64,000 nt of DNA from Podarcis tiliguerta (Eukaryota): the NCBI GenBank assembly GCA_965153285.1, contig OZ229129.1. One strand, given 5' to 3'. This document shows positions 13,275 to 25,840 of this stretch, piece after piece. Positions within the stretch are counted from its first letter, which is position 1. Each line of letters starts with the position of its first letter. The translations under genes and the position numbers were made by a program. Under the pieces are notes generated by a model, which was not told the DNA's origin, made no database searches, and was given only the letters and a program-made list of their open reading frames with translations.

Positions 13275-13490
13275 TGTTAAAGGCTGGGAGGGAAAGGGCT
13301 TGCCTACTGTTGGGACAACTTTGTAGCTTCCATTTGGTTGTGAACTTCTTGCCTTGTTCATGTGCCTTGGAATCTTGACTTTCCATGCTTGCTGCTGAGC
13401 TTGTGCTGCCATTAACCTGAATAAATATTCCTTCCTTATTTTCAAGTGAGAGTTGCTGTCATGTTTTGGGACAGGAATCCGGCAACCACA
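13275..13490 (+). mobile_element. LTR-like fragment (R/U5-like end), related to 25667-25840
   Basis: tgaataaatattccttccttattttcaagtgagag...gttttgggacagga...caca aligns with the reverse complement of 25667-25742; has AATAAA and a CA end; no TSD seen. Confidence 0.4.
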
Positions 13491-15029
13491 GATGTATGAC
13501 GGGAGGAATGAGCCATTGCCGCCAGGAGCACATTATTCCCACTGCAAATAGGTGGGGTGGATTCTGATCAGGATCACAGTGGGGCCCAAGGCATTTTTGA
13601 AATCAAATAATGCAGCCAAAAAATACAATAAAAATTATGTCATCAGGTGATTGACAAACTTTGCTTTTAAGCAGTAACCGTAATAGTAATGTTGTCGTTG
13701 TGAAGTATGCTTACTTTTAAAGACCCCCTTCCCCCGAGTACTGCAAATTGCTTTTTTTGTTTGTTTGCAGAAGGCACAACCTGTTTTTCGTGTTTGTTCA
13801 GCTTGTGGTTCCTTTGAAGGCTGTAGACAGCTAGGAAGCATTTTTACAATGGCCATCACCTTCCATAAATATATGTCATTGCTTGGGCACTGAGTTAGCA
13901 GTTGTGCGGAAACCTCTCTTCCCCCCCCAAAAAAACTATGTGATGCAAGACTAGAAAATAAAGGCGTCACGTGACCAAGCACCAATTTATTGGTACTGTG
14001 CTTCACAAAACAACACTTTCAATTTCAGTACAGGTTTTTGGTGACAGAAAAAGCATGTTGCTTAACCAATCCGAGTTTTTAAATCTTTTTTCGACCCAGT
14101 TTTCCTGCCAGCTTTTAAGTTTTGTCAAAGAGTGCAAATTCTAACATAACTTGCATGTAGAATTTGAAGCCTGTGTAGTAATGAACATAACTTTGTGATT
14201 GGACAAAAAATAAAGGAAACATACTCTTGTATCGCATGGGATTGGAATAGATGGCCCTCAGGGTCCCTTCCCACTCCATGATTCTATCCCTATTCCTATG
14301 TACAAGAGAAAGCAGGGGAAGGGAATTTCCAGCCTGCGTGTAGATGTGGCCCTCCAGGCCCCTCTGTCTGGCGCTCAAATCTCTTCCAAGGTAACAGCCT
14401 CCACTTCTTCACACCTCAAGTATTATTTTGTTTGTTCTGCTTGGGTGGAATCTGTTCTTCAGCTATGAAAACGACTCTTTCTTGTCTGGTTGGAGAACAG
14501 GGAAAGGTGTGTGAGTGTGTGCCTAGGAATCAGCCTACTTCAAAAAGGTAAAAATAACAGTATGTCCATTGCCCACTTTTGCCTCTCGCTCCACCCACCA
14601 CTGTGTCCCTCTGAAGGCTGCTTAGGAAGGCATGTCGCCCTTGGATTAAAAAGCATTCCCCAGTTCTGCAGTAAAACAGTTGTTGAGGGATTTTATTAGC
14701 CCACCTTGGAGCTAATAGCATCCTAAGGTGGAAGGGAACATCAGACAAGTGCAGAGCTGTGGGACGCTGCTCTTGGCTCTGCTCCCAGTGTTGGGCACCT
14801 TGTCTGGCCCCACAATTAGACACCCAGGAGTTACCCTGATTGTCTGTAATGCACCTGCTTGTGTCCATGCACATGCTTGTGCCTATGCCAAGGCTCCTCG
14901 ACTTTTTAGGTCTGGGGGCATATTAGGAAATCTAAGAACCACAAGACAGACAAAAACTGGCAGAACCTAATAAACAGGCAAAGCACCAATATACACCACA
15001 AAACAAATAAAATGCAGACAAAAACGGAC

Positions 15030-15137
15030 AGTGGGCCTTGCTGGGCACCACCAGGGTGTTTAAGGGTGCCATACTGGTGATCTCAGGGGTAAGCTTTCAC
15101 TCCTCCATTGTCTCCTGAGACAGACGGATGCCAACAA
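15030..15137 (+). mobile_element. RTE-type LINE 3' end stub
   Basis: ctccattgtctcctgagacagacggatgccaacaa tail, shared with the element at 5531-6114. Confidence 0.55.
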
Positions 15138-15674
15138 AGGAGTAGCCTTGACAAAGCAATGCCAGTGTAGCCACCCATTTCCCATAGCTGGTTAGATAGA
15201 TGCTTGCTTGCAGAGCATAAAGTCATTGCTCTCCCTGCTGTTGCCACCTCCAGTCACTTACTCAGTGGCATACCACTCCTGATGTTGGACGCTCCATGCA
15301 ACTATCATGGCCAACAGCTATTTAATGCCATGATCCTCCACAAACTTGTCTAATCTTACTTTAAAGCCACCATTTCTACTAAATTTAATGGTCACAAAAG
15401 CCTCTTGTGATTTATTTGAGAGAGAGCAAATGGAACATTTGTGCGATGCTTTTCTTTGGGAACACTCATTCCAAAACGCTTTGCTGATGTTCCTTCCCGT
15501 ATCACGCCAAGCTTTCCTTGCCCAAACCATGCAGCTACCCTTCCCATACCCATATCACCACAGATGAAAACTGTTTATCTCTATGATCATATAGGACCAA
15601 AATGGCATGGAAGAGTCTATTATTATGCCACAGTGCTATCCATGGTGCTGATCACCACATAACACTATTTAAAA

Positions 15675-15809
15675 CAGCCTTCTCGACCTTGGGTCCCCAG
15701 AGGTTGTTGGACTACAACTCCCAGCATCCCTGACCACTTATCCAGTTAGCTAGGGATGATGGGGTTTGTAGTCCAACAACATGTGGAGACCTAAGATTGA
15801 GAAAGGCTT
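15675..15809. mobile_element. Palindromic hAT MITE
   Basis: Shared core actacaactcccagcatccctgaccact...gctagggatgatgggg; 8-bp TSD ATTTAAAA. Confidence 0.85.
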
Positions 15810-16679
15810 ATTTAAAACAAACATGGCATTGCATTTGGATTTTGGACGTATAATGTAAAAGAACACAACAACTGGGAACATACAGCCCAACCCTACCCAT
15901 GATCATGCAGAAATAAGACCCGCTAAGTTCAAAGTGATTTATTATTAGGTAAGACTGCACAAGATTGCAGGCATAACATCGGAAATTACTGAGGTGATAG
16001 ATCAGTTCCAAATCCCCAGCTTGTGTAAAGGAAATCCCTTATAATCCTCTCTGTATTCAGAGGCTTTCTTGTTGACAGCATTGATTTAGCTTCCCTGGAA
16101 TACTGCAGCCCATTATCAGTTTGGATTATAAAATGGATTCCTTGAATATCAAGGGATGCAACACTGTAGATTCAGCATCACACTAGTATTCAGAGGTCAT
16201 TAGGGCCATTCCCTTCTGCTTATGTTAGCAAAACTGTGGCTGTTAGATTTGCCTTTGAAGACTCTTTGGAAAACTCAGTATGCAGCTGCCTGATTAGTAA
16301 CTGGGATTGGGCATTGCTATCGTATTAAATTCGGCACTTGAGAATTTAAGTAGAGCTATGCTAGATCAGGCCAAAGGACAAATAGTTCAGCATCCTGGTC
16401 ACACAGTGACCAAACAGGCCCTGAGGGCAGCAGGGCCCTAATGATTTTCAGCAAAGGGTATTCAGGAGCATTCTGCTTCCAGCAGTGGAGGCAGAAATGG
16501 CTAGCAACCAAAGTTAGCCTTATTCTCAATCTAATCCTCTTTTAAAGCCATCAGGCACCTACCTGGTCATCTTTCCATCACCCAGCAAAGACCTGTTTAT
16601 TTCCCAAGTTCTTTATACAGAATTTTAATCTCGTTTATGGATTTGCAGTGGTCTTGGTGCTACTGGTTGTTCCCTAGTG

Positions 16680-16814
16680 CAGGGTTTCCCAAACTTGAAT
16701 CTCCTGCTGTTTTCAGACTACAATTCCCATCATCCCTGACCTCTGGGCCTGCTAGCTAGGGATGAGGGAGTTGTAGTCCAAAAACAGCTGGAGATCCACA
16801 TTTGGGAAACCCTA
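16680..16814. mobile_element. Palindromic hAT MITE
   Basis: cagggtttcccaaac...tttgggaaacccta; TSD ccctagtg/ccctagta. Confidence 0.88.
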
Positions 16815-16884
16815 CCCTAGTAAGCCTGTTCCTGTTATTGATGAGTGAAGGTTAGGGCTTGACTTACTGCTTTTCTTTCTTGCT

Positions 16885-17020
16885 TGCTGTAGCACAGGAG
16901 TTCATGTTTAGTATGCAGAAGACCCCAAGTTAAATCACTGGCATCTGCAGGTATGAGTAAGAAAGATCCCAGTCTGAGATCATTGGAGAGCCACTGCCAG
17001 TCAGTGAAGAGAGCACTGAA
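16885..17020 (+). mobile_element. Short tRNA-derived SINE, partial (same family)
   Basis: atgcagaagaccccaagttaaatcactggcatctgcagg...gagagccactgccagtcagtg. Confidence 0.65.
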
Positions 17021-17249
17021 CAGTTCATAGACACATACATTTAGAAGAGGTCATAGCTTAATTTATGCAATTCGAGAAATGCAGAACAAAGCTGAGGTGC
17101 AGGAGGCTAGCAGTTACATGGTCTGGTTTCTCCATAAAAAGTGAGAGAATGGAGGATGCCATTTCCAGATTAAATAAGAGTGGAAGCCTAGGTTGAAAAC
17201 TAGAGAGAAGAAAAAGTAAAGGCACTGAAAATCTGATGTATTATCAGGG

Positions 17250-17480
17250 AACCCCACGTGCAGGTCGTATCAAGATACAGGGAACCTGGCAGAGGGCCTT
17301 CTCGCTAGTGACGCCTGCCCTGTGGGACACCCTCCTGCCAGCTGTCAAAGAGATAAATAATTTTACAACCTTCCATAGACATCTGAAGGCAGCCCTGTAT
17401 CAGGAAGATTTTAATGTGTGGTGTATCATGTGTGGTGGGCCACCCAGTCAGATGGGCAGGTACAAAAAATAAATTATTTT
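17250..17480 (+). mobile_element. L2-clade 3' fragment
   Basis: RAFSLVTPALWDTL...FHRHLKAALY motif and a cccagtcagatgggcaggtacaaaaaataaa end. Confidence 0.75.
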
Positions 17481-17506
17481 TACTATTATCTCATTATCTT
17501 CAAGTA

Positions 17507-17748
17507 CAGTGGTACCTCAGGTTAAGAACTTAATTCGTTCTGGAGGTCCGTTCTTAACCTGAAACTGTTCTTAACCTGAAGCACCACTTTAGCTAATGGG
17601 CCCTCCCGCTGCTGCCGCGCCACCGGTGCATGACTTCTGTTCTCGTCCTGAAGCAAAGTTCTTAACCCAAGGTAATATTTCTGGGTTAGCAGAGTCTGTA
17701 ACCAGAAGCGTCTGTAACCTGAAGCATCTGTAACCTGAGGTACCACTG
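17507..17748. mobile_element. Tc1/mariner-type MITE (TIR CAGTGGTACCTC, family 1)
   Basis: TIRs cagtggtacctcaggtta / taacctgaggtaccactg with TA duplication. Confidence 0.93.
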
Positions 17749-19310
17749 TATTCTGTTTTTACTCTATGAATGTTGCTACTCAGTATCACAGTCTAAAATC
17801 TGACTTCTCAAGCTCATTGAAAGGGGATGAAATCTACTACAGACTAATGCATACAATCTATGTCAAGCTCAAACAACTGCAGTAGAGTTTGACTTTGAGA
17901 GGGTTTTAAAAAAACCCACACCAGAAAAAACCCACAATCTCTTTCTGTAATGAAATTCCCATGGGGAATTTCTCAGGGGAGAGCATAGCTCAATCTCATT
18001 TAGTCCAGGGGAATTTCCTTCAAGGTGAATTGACTTTCCTTCATTAAAATCGAGAAATGCTATTAACTATCCATGCTCCCCAACCCCCTTTCTCCATTCA
18101 CAGAGTATAGATTCAATAATAAACACAGCAGCATATTTTCAAAGGGAAGAGATGATGAAATATTTGGGCAGGCAGCATAAGACCAACTTGCAACATTTGT
18201 ATCATTAGCCAGCCTGCAAGCAGGTTCTGCTTCTGGGCTTTTATTGCTTTCATATGCAACATTTTCTTTTTTAAAAAAAATATCCATATTTCCTTCCTGT
18301 TTTAGTAAACTTTAGAACTTGTTCCATAAACCTGGCATAGCCTCTTTGTATCTTAACACCCTCATGCTTGATCTGCCTCGCTACCTAAAGAGACCCCAGG
18401 AAAATTTGGCAGCTAATTGATAATGGGTGGGTATATTACTCATCCTTTGTCTAGTAGCAGCTGTGGATTTTAAAGGGAGAGAGTAGGCATGAGTAGATGA
18501 TTCACTCTGTGGTAGCCAGGAACACTATCCCTCTCAGACAGCGTGGAACCTAGCAGGGACGGCTCACCCATAAGGCAAGGTGAGGTGGCAGGTTGATCGC
18601 CCCCCCCCCCCCCGCTTTCTCCTTATGTAGATCTTCCCTCACACCTTCTTCCTTGGAGGGGTGTGTGCGCCATTTTGAGACCACCTCAGGTGTTAAAATG
18701 TCTTGGGTTAGCTTTGCGACCCAGGGTCACTGGGAGTTGGTCACTAAGGGAGGCCAGCAAAATATGGAAGACTGCAGGTTCCCTGGTACAGATTCAGCCA
18801 CAATCATTTGCCCCTCTGCTCCCCTTTCCTTTAAAATTGTTGTTTGTTTGTTTGTTTGTTTGTTTTCCAGATATTGAGCCTGTCCACACACTTAGCATTG
18901 GGGGGGGGAGGTTTCCCTGGTGCACCTTTGTACATAGTGAGTTGAGATTGTGCACACATTTGTACGATAGCATCACCCAAAGTGGCAGGAGCTATCCATG
19001 TACACACAGGTAGACATGTTTTCAAACTAGTGCACAAGAAAAATTGTGTTCTCTATTCTGCTCAGTTAGTGTTTCTACAGGCACTGATGGAATCTATACA
19101 CATATAAAAATGCTTTTTAAAAAAAGTGTTTTTAAAAATGCATTTAATTTTCCATAAGGCTCACCATTGCAATCTGTGCCACATTGTATGTTACACTTAA
19201 AACACACTTAAAACGTTTTATTTGCAGCTGTATAGCTAAGTCCTCTGTGTTACACACATACACACACACACAAAGACAGTTGTGTTACTATACAGATATA
19301 CAGAAGATAT

Positions 19311-19904
19311 GGGATGCAGATGGCGCTGTGGTCTAAACCACTGAGCCTCGTGGGCTTACTGATCGGAAGGTTGGCGGTTGGAATCTGCACAACAGAACGA
19401 GCTCCCGTTGCTCTGTCCCAGCTCCTGCCAACCTAGCAGTTCAAAAGCATGCCAGTGCAAATACAGTGGTACCTCGGGTTATATACGCTTCAGGTTACAG
19501 ACTCCACTAACCCAGAAATAGTACCTCGGGTTAAGAACTTTGCTTCAGGATGAGAACAGAAATCGTGCGGTGGCAGCGGGAGACCCCATTAGCTAAAGTG
19601 GTGCTTCAGGTTGAGAACAGTTTCAGGTTAAGAACGGACCTCCAGAACGAATTAAGTTCTTAACCTGAGGTACCACTGTAGATAAATAGGTACCACTGCA
19701 GCGGGAAGGCAAATGGCATTTCTGTGCACTCTAATTTCTGTCATTGTGTCCAGTTGCGCCAGAAGTGGTTTAGTCTTGCTGGCCACATGACCTGGGAAGC
19801 TGTCTGTGGACAAACGCCAGCTCCCTTGGCCTGAAAGTGAGATGAGTGCCGCAACCCCATAGTCGCCTTTGATTGGACTTAACCATCCAGGGGGCCTTTG
19901 CCTT
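19311..19904 (+). mobile_element. Sauria SINE (full length) interrupted by a MITE
   Basis: tRNA-like head gggatgcagatggcgctgtggtctaaacc, cctttgccttt tail, 13-bp TSD TATACAGAAGATA (19297-19309, 19905-19917). Confidence 0.92.
19464..19678. mobile_element. Tc1/mariner-type MITE family 1, nested in a Sauria SINE
   Basis: Same TIRs; TA TSD at 19462-19463 and 19679-19680; splits the SINE at gtgcaa(a)TA|gataaatagg. Confidence 0.93.
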
Positions 19905-21761
19905 TATACAGAAGATACATAATGGGATACAGAGGCAGCTAAGTTACTATGCTGCTTCCTGTTTTGCCTGTTTTGTTCACAGACAAGTTAAACATGATAA
20001 GAGGGAGTGGCCTTTAAGTTAAACATGATAAGAGGAAGTCCTTTCTGTGTACACATGTACATAGCAAATGCTTGAGAAGTCCAGGGCTTTTTGTTTTTTC
20101 AGCCAGAACTCACTGGTACTCAGTTCCTGCAGCTCTCAGGTGAGAGTGATTGCCATTATTAGAGAACAAGGTAGGGGGTGTTCATGGTGAGTTCTGGCAC
20201 CTCTCTTTCTAGAAAAAGAAGTCCATTCTCGGCAGACAACAAATTATAACAATTCCCACAGGATGTGTTTCAGATTGACAAATAGTGTGGGATGGGAATG
20301 ATGCAATGTGCAGGTAAATTCAATGTGCACAGCACCTCAAAAAGGCATTTGCATCCAGCACTGAATGCACATTATCATGCCCTATGGTGTCCAAAGAATA
20401 CTTTTGATTAAGCAGGGTAACAGCTCAGAAGAGTGAAACAGAACCCAGCAAATGTCCTTTAAATGTCTCTGGTCTTGTTTCCCTGCCTCACTGGCTCTGA
20501 TGTTGCCTCAGACTAAGCTGAATGCCTAGATATTTCAGATTCATGTCAGAAGAGGCTCAGGCGGGAGAGCATGACAAGAGAGAGCAGACTTCTTGTCTCC
20601 AGGCCCCTGCTAGGGTGAGGAGGAAAAGTTCAGAAGGTAATTCAAAACGGAGAATTGGCAATTTAGTAGAACATGATGGTTCTTTTGTGTGTGTGACAGC
20701 TTCCCTGTAGAGCACAGCACAGGTCTTCATAGAGGCTAAGTGCCCTGCGTTGTAAAAGCTAGGTTTGCAGCAGGTTTGGGTACAGGAGAGATAATATAGT
20801 ATGATAGTAATAGTGCTCAGTGCTATAGTACTACTCAGAATACATACACACCATGCATTTATAGCGCGCGCACACACACATACAAGAATCGGGAACTGTA
20901 GTTTACTTCCAGAACTTCAATTCCCAGCACCCTTGAAAAAATAAAATCCCCAGTCCTTGTGGGTGGGGGATGTGCTTTAAATGTACTTTAAATGTATGGT
21001 GCTAATGCGGCAATAATAGCTAGTAACTGCAATAGTTGCTAGAGAATCTTACTGGCATGCAAGTCCTCCATTCCTTTCCGTTCACAGTTCTGGGGTTGCA
21101 AAATATACATGCCAACCCATTCTCAGCTAATAGCATGGTTATAATTTAGAGCTGCATACTGTAAGAGACAGGCAGTGGTGGCCACTTGCTACTCAAGAGC
21201 AGTTATGGCTCACCCTTAAAGACCAATGGACTTCACGGTCATTCGCTTTATGGTCAAGAGATATCAAACTAGTCCTCCAAATAGCTTCCCCCGTTATCTG
21301 TTATTGCTTTTGTTCTGCAGGACTGCTTGCCTCAGGATGGTTTGCCTCAAAGGAACAACCTTATTATTACCATGTCAAGGTTACCCCACAGTGTTTCATG
21401 GCCATGCTGACATTCAAACCTGGATCTGACCCACCTAAGAACTTGTCCACACTTCTGCTTGCCCTGTGCCTAGAAAGCACAGGTCCAAGCAGTTTCCCAT
21501 TCTCCCCGTGCTTTCTAGGTAAAAGTCTGAGCAGTTTTACCTTTGCCGCATCATTTCCCCTGGAAAACCCACTCTTTAGTGCTAAATCTTCAGTCTGGGG
21601 AAAACCAATTGATATTTGCTCCAATTTAGCAGTAAACAGCAGGTTTCCCCCGAAGGGAAAGTGACAGGGCAAATGGAAGTGAGGATAGTCCGTAGTGAAA
21701 CATTCTATTGACTGCACAACACCGGCTCTCAGACCTCATCACAGTACACACAAATGCACAG

Positions 21762-21886
21762 AGTCATAGAATCATATATTTGTAAAGTTGGAAGGGACCA
21801 CAAGGGTCATCTAGTACAGGGATCTTTTTGACCAATATGGGGCTTGAACCCATGACCCTGAAGTTAAGAGTCTCATGCTCTACCAA
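21762..21886 (-). mobile_element. Short SINE with a tRNA-Lys-like head and CR1 3' tail
   Basis: Reverse complement: ggtagagcatgagactcttaacttcagggtcatgggttcaagcccc...ctagatgacccttgtggtcccttccaac...gattctatga. Confidence 0.7.
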
Positions 21887-22533
21887 AGTGCCTGCAGAAC
21901 AGACACAGCCGTTGCCCCCCATTTTTCAGTTGCTTTATCATTCTTAAATGTATAACAGACTCATAGTTCTGAATCTGATGTCTGGTCTGCTTTTCCAGAA
22001 AGCCTTCTATGTACCAAGTCCACATCACCAAACAAAGCAGACAAAGGCTTTGGGGTCAAACACAATCAGCCAGCATGCTAAGTCAACAGCTGACCTTTCT
22101 CTGCACAACCTTTCAATCTCTATTTTATTTTTTAAAGCCTTCCCCCCCCCCCACACACACCTCTGGCTCAGATTGCTAAACCCTGTAGGGATGTTAAGAA
22201 GCGTTTTTCTGTGTGTCACCGGGGGGGGGGGGGGGAGGCACTTGGGCTGAAACTGATTCATTTTCCTTCTGCTGGAAAACAGCCAGGTCTTATAAATGGC
22301 AAAGGATGGTTTTAGGATTGCCTACACAATATCACTGTGAAGCTTTCCTGTTGTAAGTCTGCATGGAGGAGGAGTGTCTGTGTGATGTTAGCATAATCAG
22401 CACAGAGCAAAGTCACACCCCAAACCCAAAGCATGTGTGGAAAACCTACATTGCAGTATTATTAGAATTACTAATCCTATTTATTCATATAACACCTTTT
22501 TCTCGCCCAAAACCTCCCACAAATGCTGAACAG

Positions 22534-22669
22534 CAGGGCTATTTTTCAGCCAGAATTCACCAGAACTCAGTTCCTTTACCTCTCAGGTGGGCACCGTTGC
22601 CATTATAAGAGAACAAGGAAGGTGTTCATGGTGAGTTCTGGCACCTCTTTCTCTAGAAAAACAGCTCTG
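22534..22669. mobile_element. hAT-type MITE (second copy near 20082-20217)
   Basis: cagggctattttt...agaaaaacagctctg; exact 8-bp TSD CTGAACAG. Confidence 0.85.
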
Positions 22670-23542
22670 CTGAACAGCCTATTAAAACCACCATAGAGTA
22701 CAATAAAATGTCCATAGCAAGCAAAAACATGTAACTGATGAATCCTAACTACTAGAAGTCAGCAAAGTCTAGGCTGGAATTACCATACATGCTCTATTTC
22801 AAATTCCAACCATGAGTCCCTGACTGAGCAATCAGATTAGTGTGGGTCCGAGTTTTAAGGATTTGGAACTAGGCCACATAACTGTAATGAACAGAGTTTG
22901 GAATTAGTCTAACCATTACCTTGCCCCACACCAACATGGGCCTTTTGGGAGACCTATGCTGCTGTATGTTTTATTAACTGAGTCAAGAGGGATTCCCTAT
23001 CTCTGCCTCAGTGAGCATGAGGAATTTATACCAGTGTAGGTATAGCTGAACCCTGGCTGATCTAGGAAAGCCCAAGATTTGCCAAATCCAAACTCTCTTA
23101 TCCCAGCGGAACTTGGATTTCAAGTGTGCTGCAAATCAGCAAAATCTCATCTTGGGGAGAGAGCCAAAGGAAAAGTTTCAGAAGCTAGGGGATTAAAGGG
23201 TGCTTCACCAACTTTCCATCCCCCCCACAATTATCAAACAAATGAAACAAACAGTCTGGGGTGGGGATAATTTCGGACGCCTGCTGGTCTGGCTTTCCAG
23301 GACGGGAGGCAAATGATACAAAATAAACATCAGCTGAGCGAATTAGGGATGCAGGCTTTAGGCGGCCATCCTCAGCACACTACAAGGGAGTAAGTTCCAC
23401 AGCACACACTACTTCTTGGTCCCTACTTTTTAGTACCATTTATCACACAATCCCTCCCTTCCCACAACATGCAATCACTTCAGTGCACTCTTGGATCCCC
23501 CACTCCCTCAACCCATATCATGCACTACCCAACTGCTTGGTA

Positions 23543-23898
23543 AAGGTAAATGTAAAAGGACCCCTGACCATTAGGTCCAGTGGTGACCGACTCTGGGGTT
23601 GCGGCGCTCATCTCGCTTTATTGGCTGAGGGAGCCGGCATACAGCTTCCGGGTCATGTGGCCAGCATGACCAAGCCACTTCTAGCAAACCAGAGCAGCGC
23701 ACGGAAACGGCATTTACCTTCCCGCCAGAGTGGTACCTATTTATCTACTTGCACTTTGACGTGCTTTTGAACTGCTAGGTTGGCAGGAGCAGGGACCGAG
23801 CAACAGGAGCTCACCCCGTCACAGGGATTCAAACCGCCAACCTTCTGATCGGCAAGTCCTGGCCTCTGTGGTTTAACCCACAGCGCCACCCGCGTCCC
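23543..23898 (-). mobile_element. Sauria SINE (full length)
   Basis: aaggtaaa...cagcgccacccgcgtccc; 12-bp TSD AACTGCTTGGTA (23531-23542, 23899-23910). Confidence 0.93.
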
Positions 23899-23949
23899 AA
23901 CTGCTTGGTACCAGCCAACAAATCATCAACAGGTTGTCAGTGGGTAGAG

Positions 23950-24575
23950 AAAAGTTTTTCTCCCTCTCTCATAATGCTAGACCTCATGAACTTCCAGTGA
24001 AGTTGTAGGATTCAGAACAGGCAAAAGGGGGGGGGCTTATTCATGCAGTACACAAACTGTGGAACTCACTTCCACAAGAGGCAGGGATGGTCACCAACTT
24101 GGATGGCTTTAGAAGACAATTGGACAAATCCATGGAGGAGAAAGTCATCAATAGCTGCTAGCCTGGATGTCTGTGCTCTGCCTCTACAGTCAGAGGTAGC
24201 AATGCTTCTGAATACCAGTTGCTGGAAGCCACAGGAGCAGAGAGAGCCAGTGTGGTGTAGAGCTTAAGAGCGGTGGACTTGTAATCTGGTGAACCGGGTT
24301 CGCTTCCCCACTCCTCCACATGCAGCTGCTGGGTGACCTTGGGCTAGTCAAACTTCTTTGAAGTCTATCAACCTCACTCACCTCACAGAGTATTTGTTGT
24401 GGGGGAGGAAGGAAAGGAGAATGTTAGTTGCTTTGAGACTCCTTCGGGTAGTGATAAAGCGGGATATCAAATCCAAACTCTTCTTCCTCTTCTTCTTCTT
24501 CTTCTGCTCAGATCCTGCTAGAGGGTTTTCCAGAGGCATCTAGTTGGTCATTGTGAGAGCAGAATTCTGGAGCAA
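23950..24575 (+). mobile_element. CR1 3' fragment (second family) interrupted by a SINE
   Basis: Homologous to 27210-27520 (ttggatggctttagaagacaattggacaaatccatggaggag...). Confidence 0.75.
24243..24505 (+). mobile_element. tRNA-derived CORE/L2-tail SINE (Squam3-like) with (CTT)n tail
   Basis: A/B-box head gagccagtgtggtgtagagc...gggttcgcttccccact, core gctgggtgaccttgggctagtca, tail (ctt)n at 24479-24505. Confidence 0.8.
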
Positions 24576-25284
24576 GCCACTGGCCTTCTCCTAACTGAAG
24601 ATCCAAACAAACTGAGGTAAGAATGATGCTATCCAGGGCTCTAGGCACTAAATCATAACAAACACCCTCACCAACACATCTATCTCCCCACCCTCTCACT
24701 TAGGGCCACAATGATTCCTCTCCTAACTTCTCCTCAGGACAGAACTCTTTAGCACCAAACTTACCTTTACTCACTCCATGCACCTGGCTGTCACCTGGGA
24801 ACACTATCTCTCCAACCCTTGGGCTCTCAGCTATCACCTGGGAGCTCATATTTCACAACTGATACTTGTGCATCCAGTGCAGAGGTTTCTCCTCCCCCAA
24901 ATGACTTGTGTATATTTTTAAAAGTTCCCAGCGTTTAAATAAAGCTATTGCTATTTACAACTGCCTGCAGAATTTACAAGTGTGCACCCTGAATCTCTTA
25001 AAAGGCTACTTCTGCAGCAGCTGAGCAAGAAATATTTTGCCCTTGATTGATATGCAAATTTCAGCTAAACTAATTGGATTTCACAGCTGCCTCCCAGGAT
25101 CCCATGTATTATTCATAGAGTTTGATTCTGCGCTATGGAGGATGTTAGAGCTAATAAGCTGGAACCCTGGCAAAATTCAAAACAAAAGAGTCATCACAAT
25201 CTATATGGCCACACTTGAGTCAGATGACTCTTAATTTCCTACTGGATCAATGCAAAATAACCCATGCCCAATGCATCCGAAATC

Positions 25285-25660
25285 GCAGAGTCATAGTAAC
25301 CTAGACTTGGAAGGGGCTTAGAGGTGATATAGTTTAACCCCTGCTCAGTGAGGAATCTGTAATGTAGTATGAAATGACAGCATTCTAACAGATAACCAGG
25401 CTCTGCTTAAAGTGCCTTCATCAAAGGAGAACCCAGAACCTTCTAAGGCAGTTGGTTTCACTGTTGAACTGTTCTTAGTGTTTGGAAGTTTCATCAATGT
25501 TTCATCAAAGTCAGCTTTCTTGCTATTTCCACCTGTTGGCAGTAGTTCTGCCTTCTGGAAAAACAGAGTAGAAGCCTGCTCCATCTTTTGTGTAACAGCC
25601 CTTCAGATACTTGAAGGTAGCTTTCATGTGTCTACTTTAATCTTCTCCAAAGGCTAAATA
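25285..25660 (-). mobile_element. Old CR1 3' fragment
   Basis: Reverse complement shows tttagcctttggagaagatt...gtatctgaagggctgttacaca and a ccccttccaa end. Confidence 0.65.
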
Positions 25661-25666
25661 ATGGTT

Positions 25667-25840
25667 GTGTCCTGGTTCCTCTGTCCCAAAACAGGCAGAC
25701 AGAGACTCTTACTTGGAAGTAAGAAAGAGATCATTATTCAGGCAAGTAGCCATGCAGCAGACATAGAGCTCAGGAGTCATGATTCAGGAGGTTAGGAGCA
25801 AAGCAAGGCGTTAAAGATTGGACAGAAGAATCAACTGTCC
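25667..25840 (-). mobile_element. LTR-like fragment related to 13275-13490
   Basis: Reverse complement tgaataatgatctctttcttacttccaagtaagag...gttttgggacagaggaaccaggacaca. Confidence 0.4.

Noticed and set aside
23483-23770. Recurring peptide 'HVASMTKPLLANQSSARKR' in several ORFs, suggesting a gene family
   Set aside because: These are translations of Sauria SINE copies.
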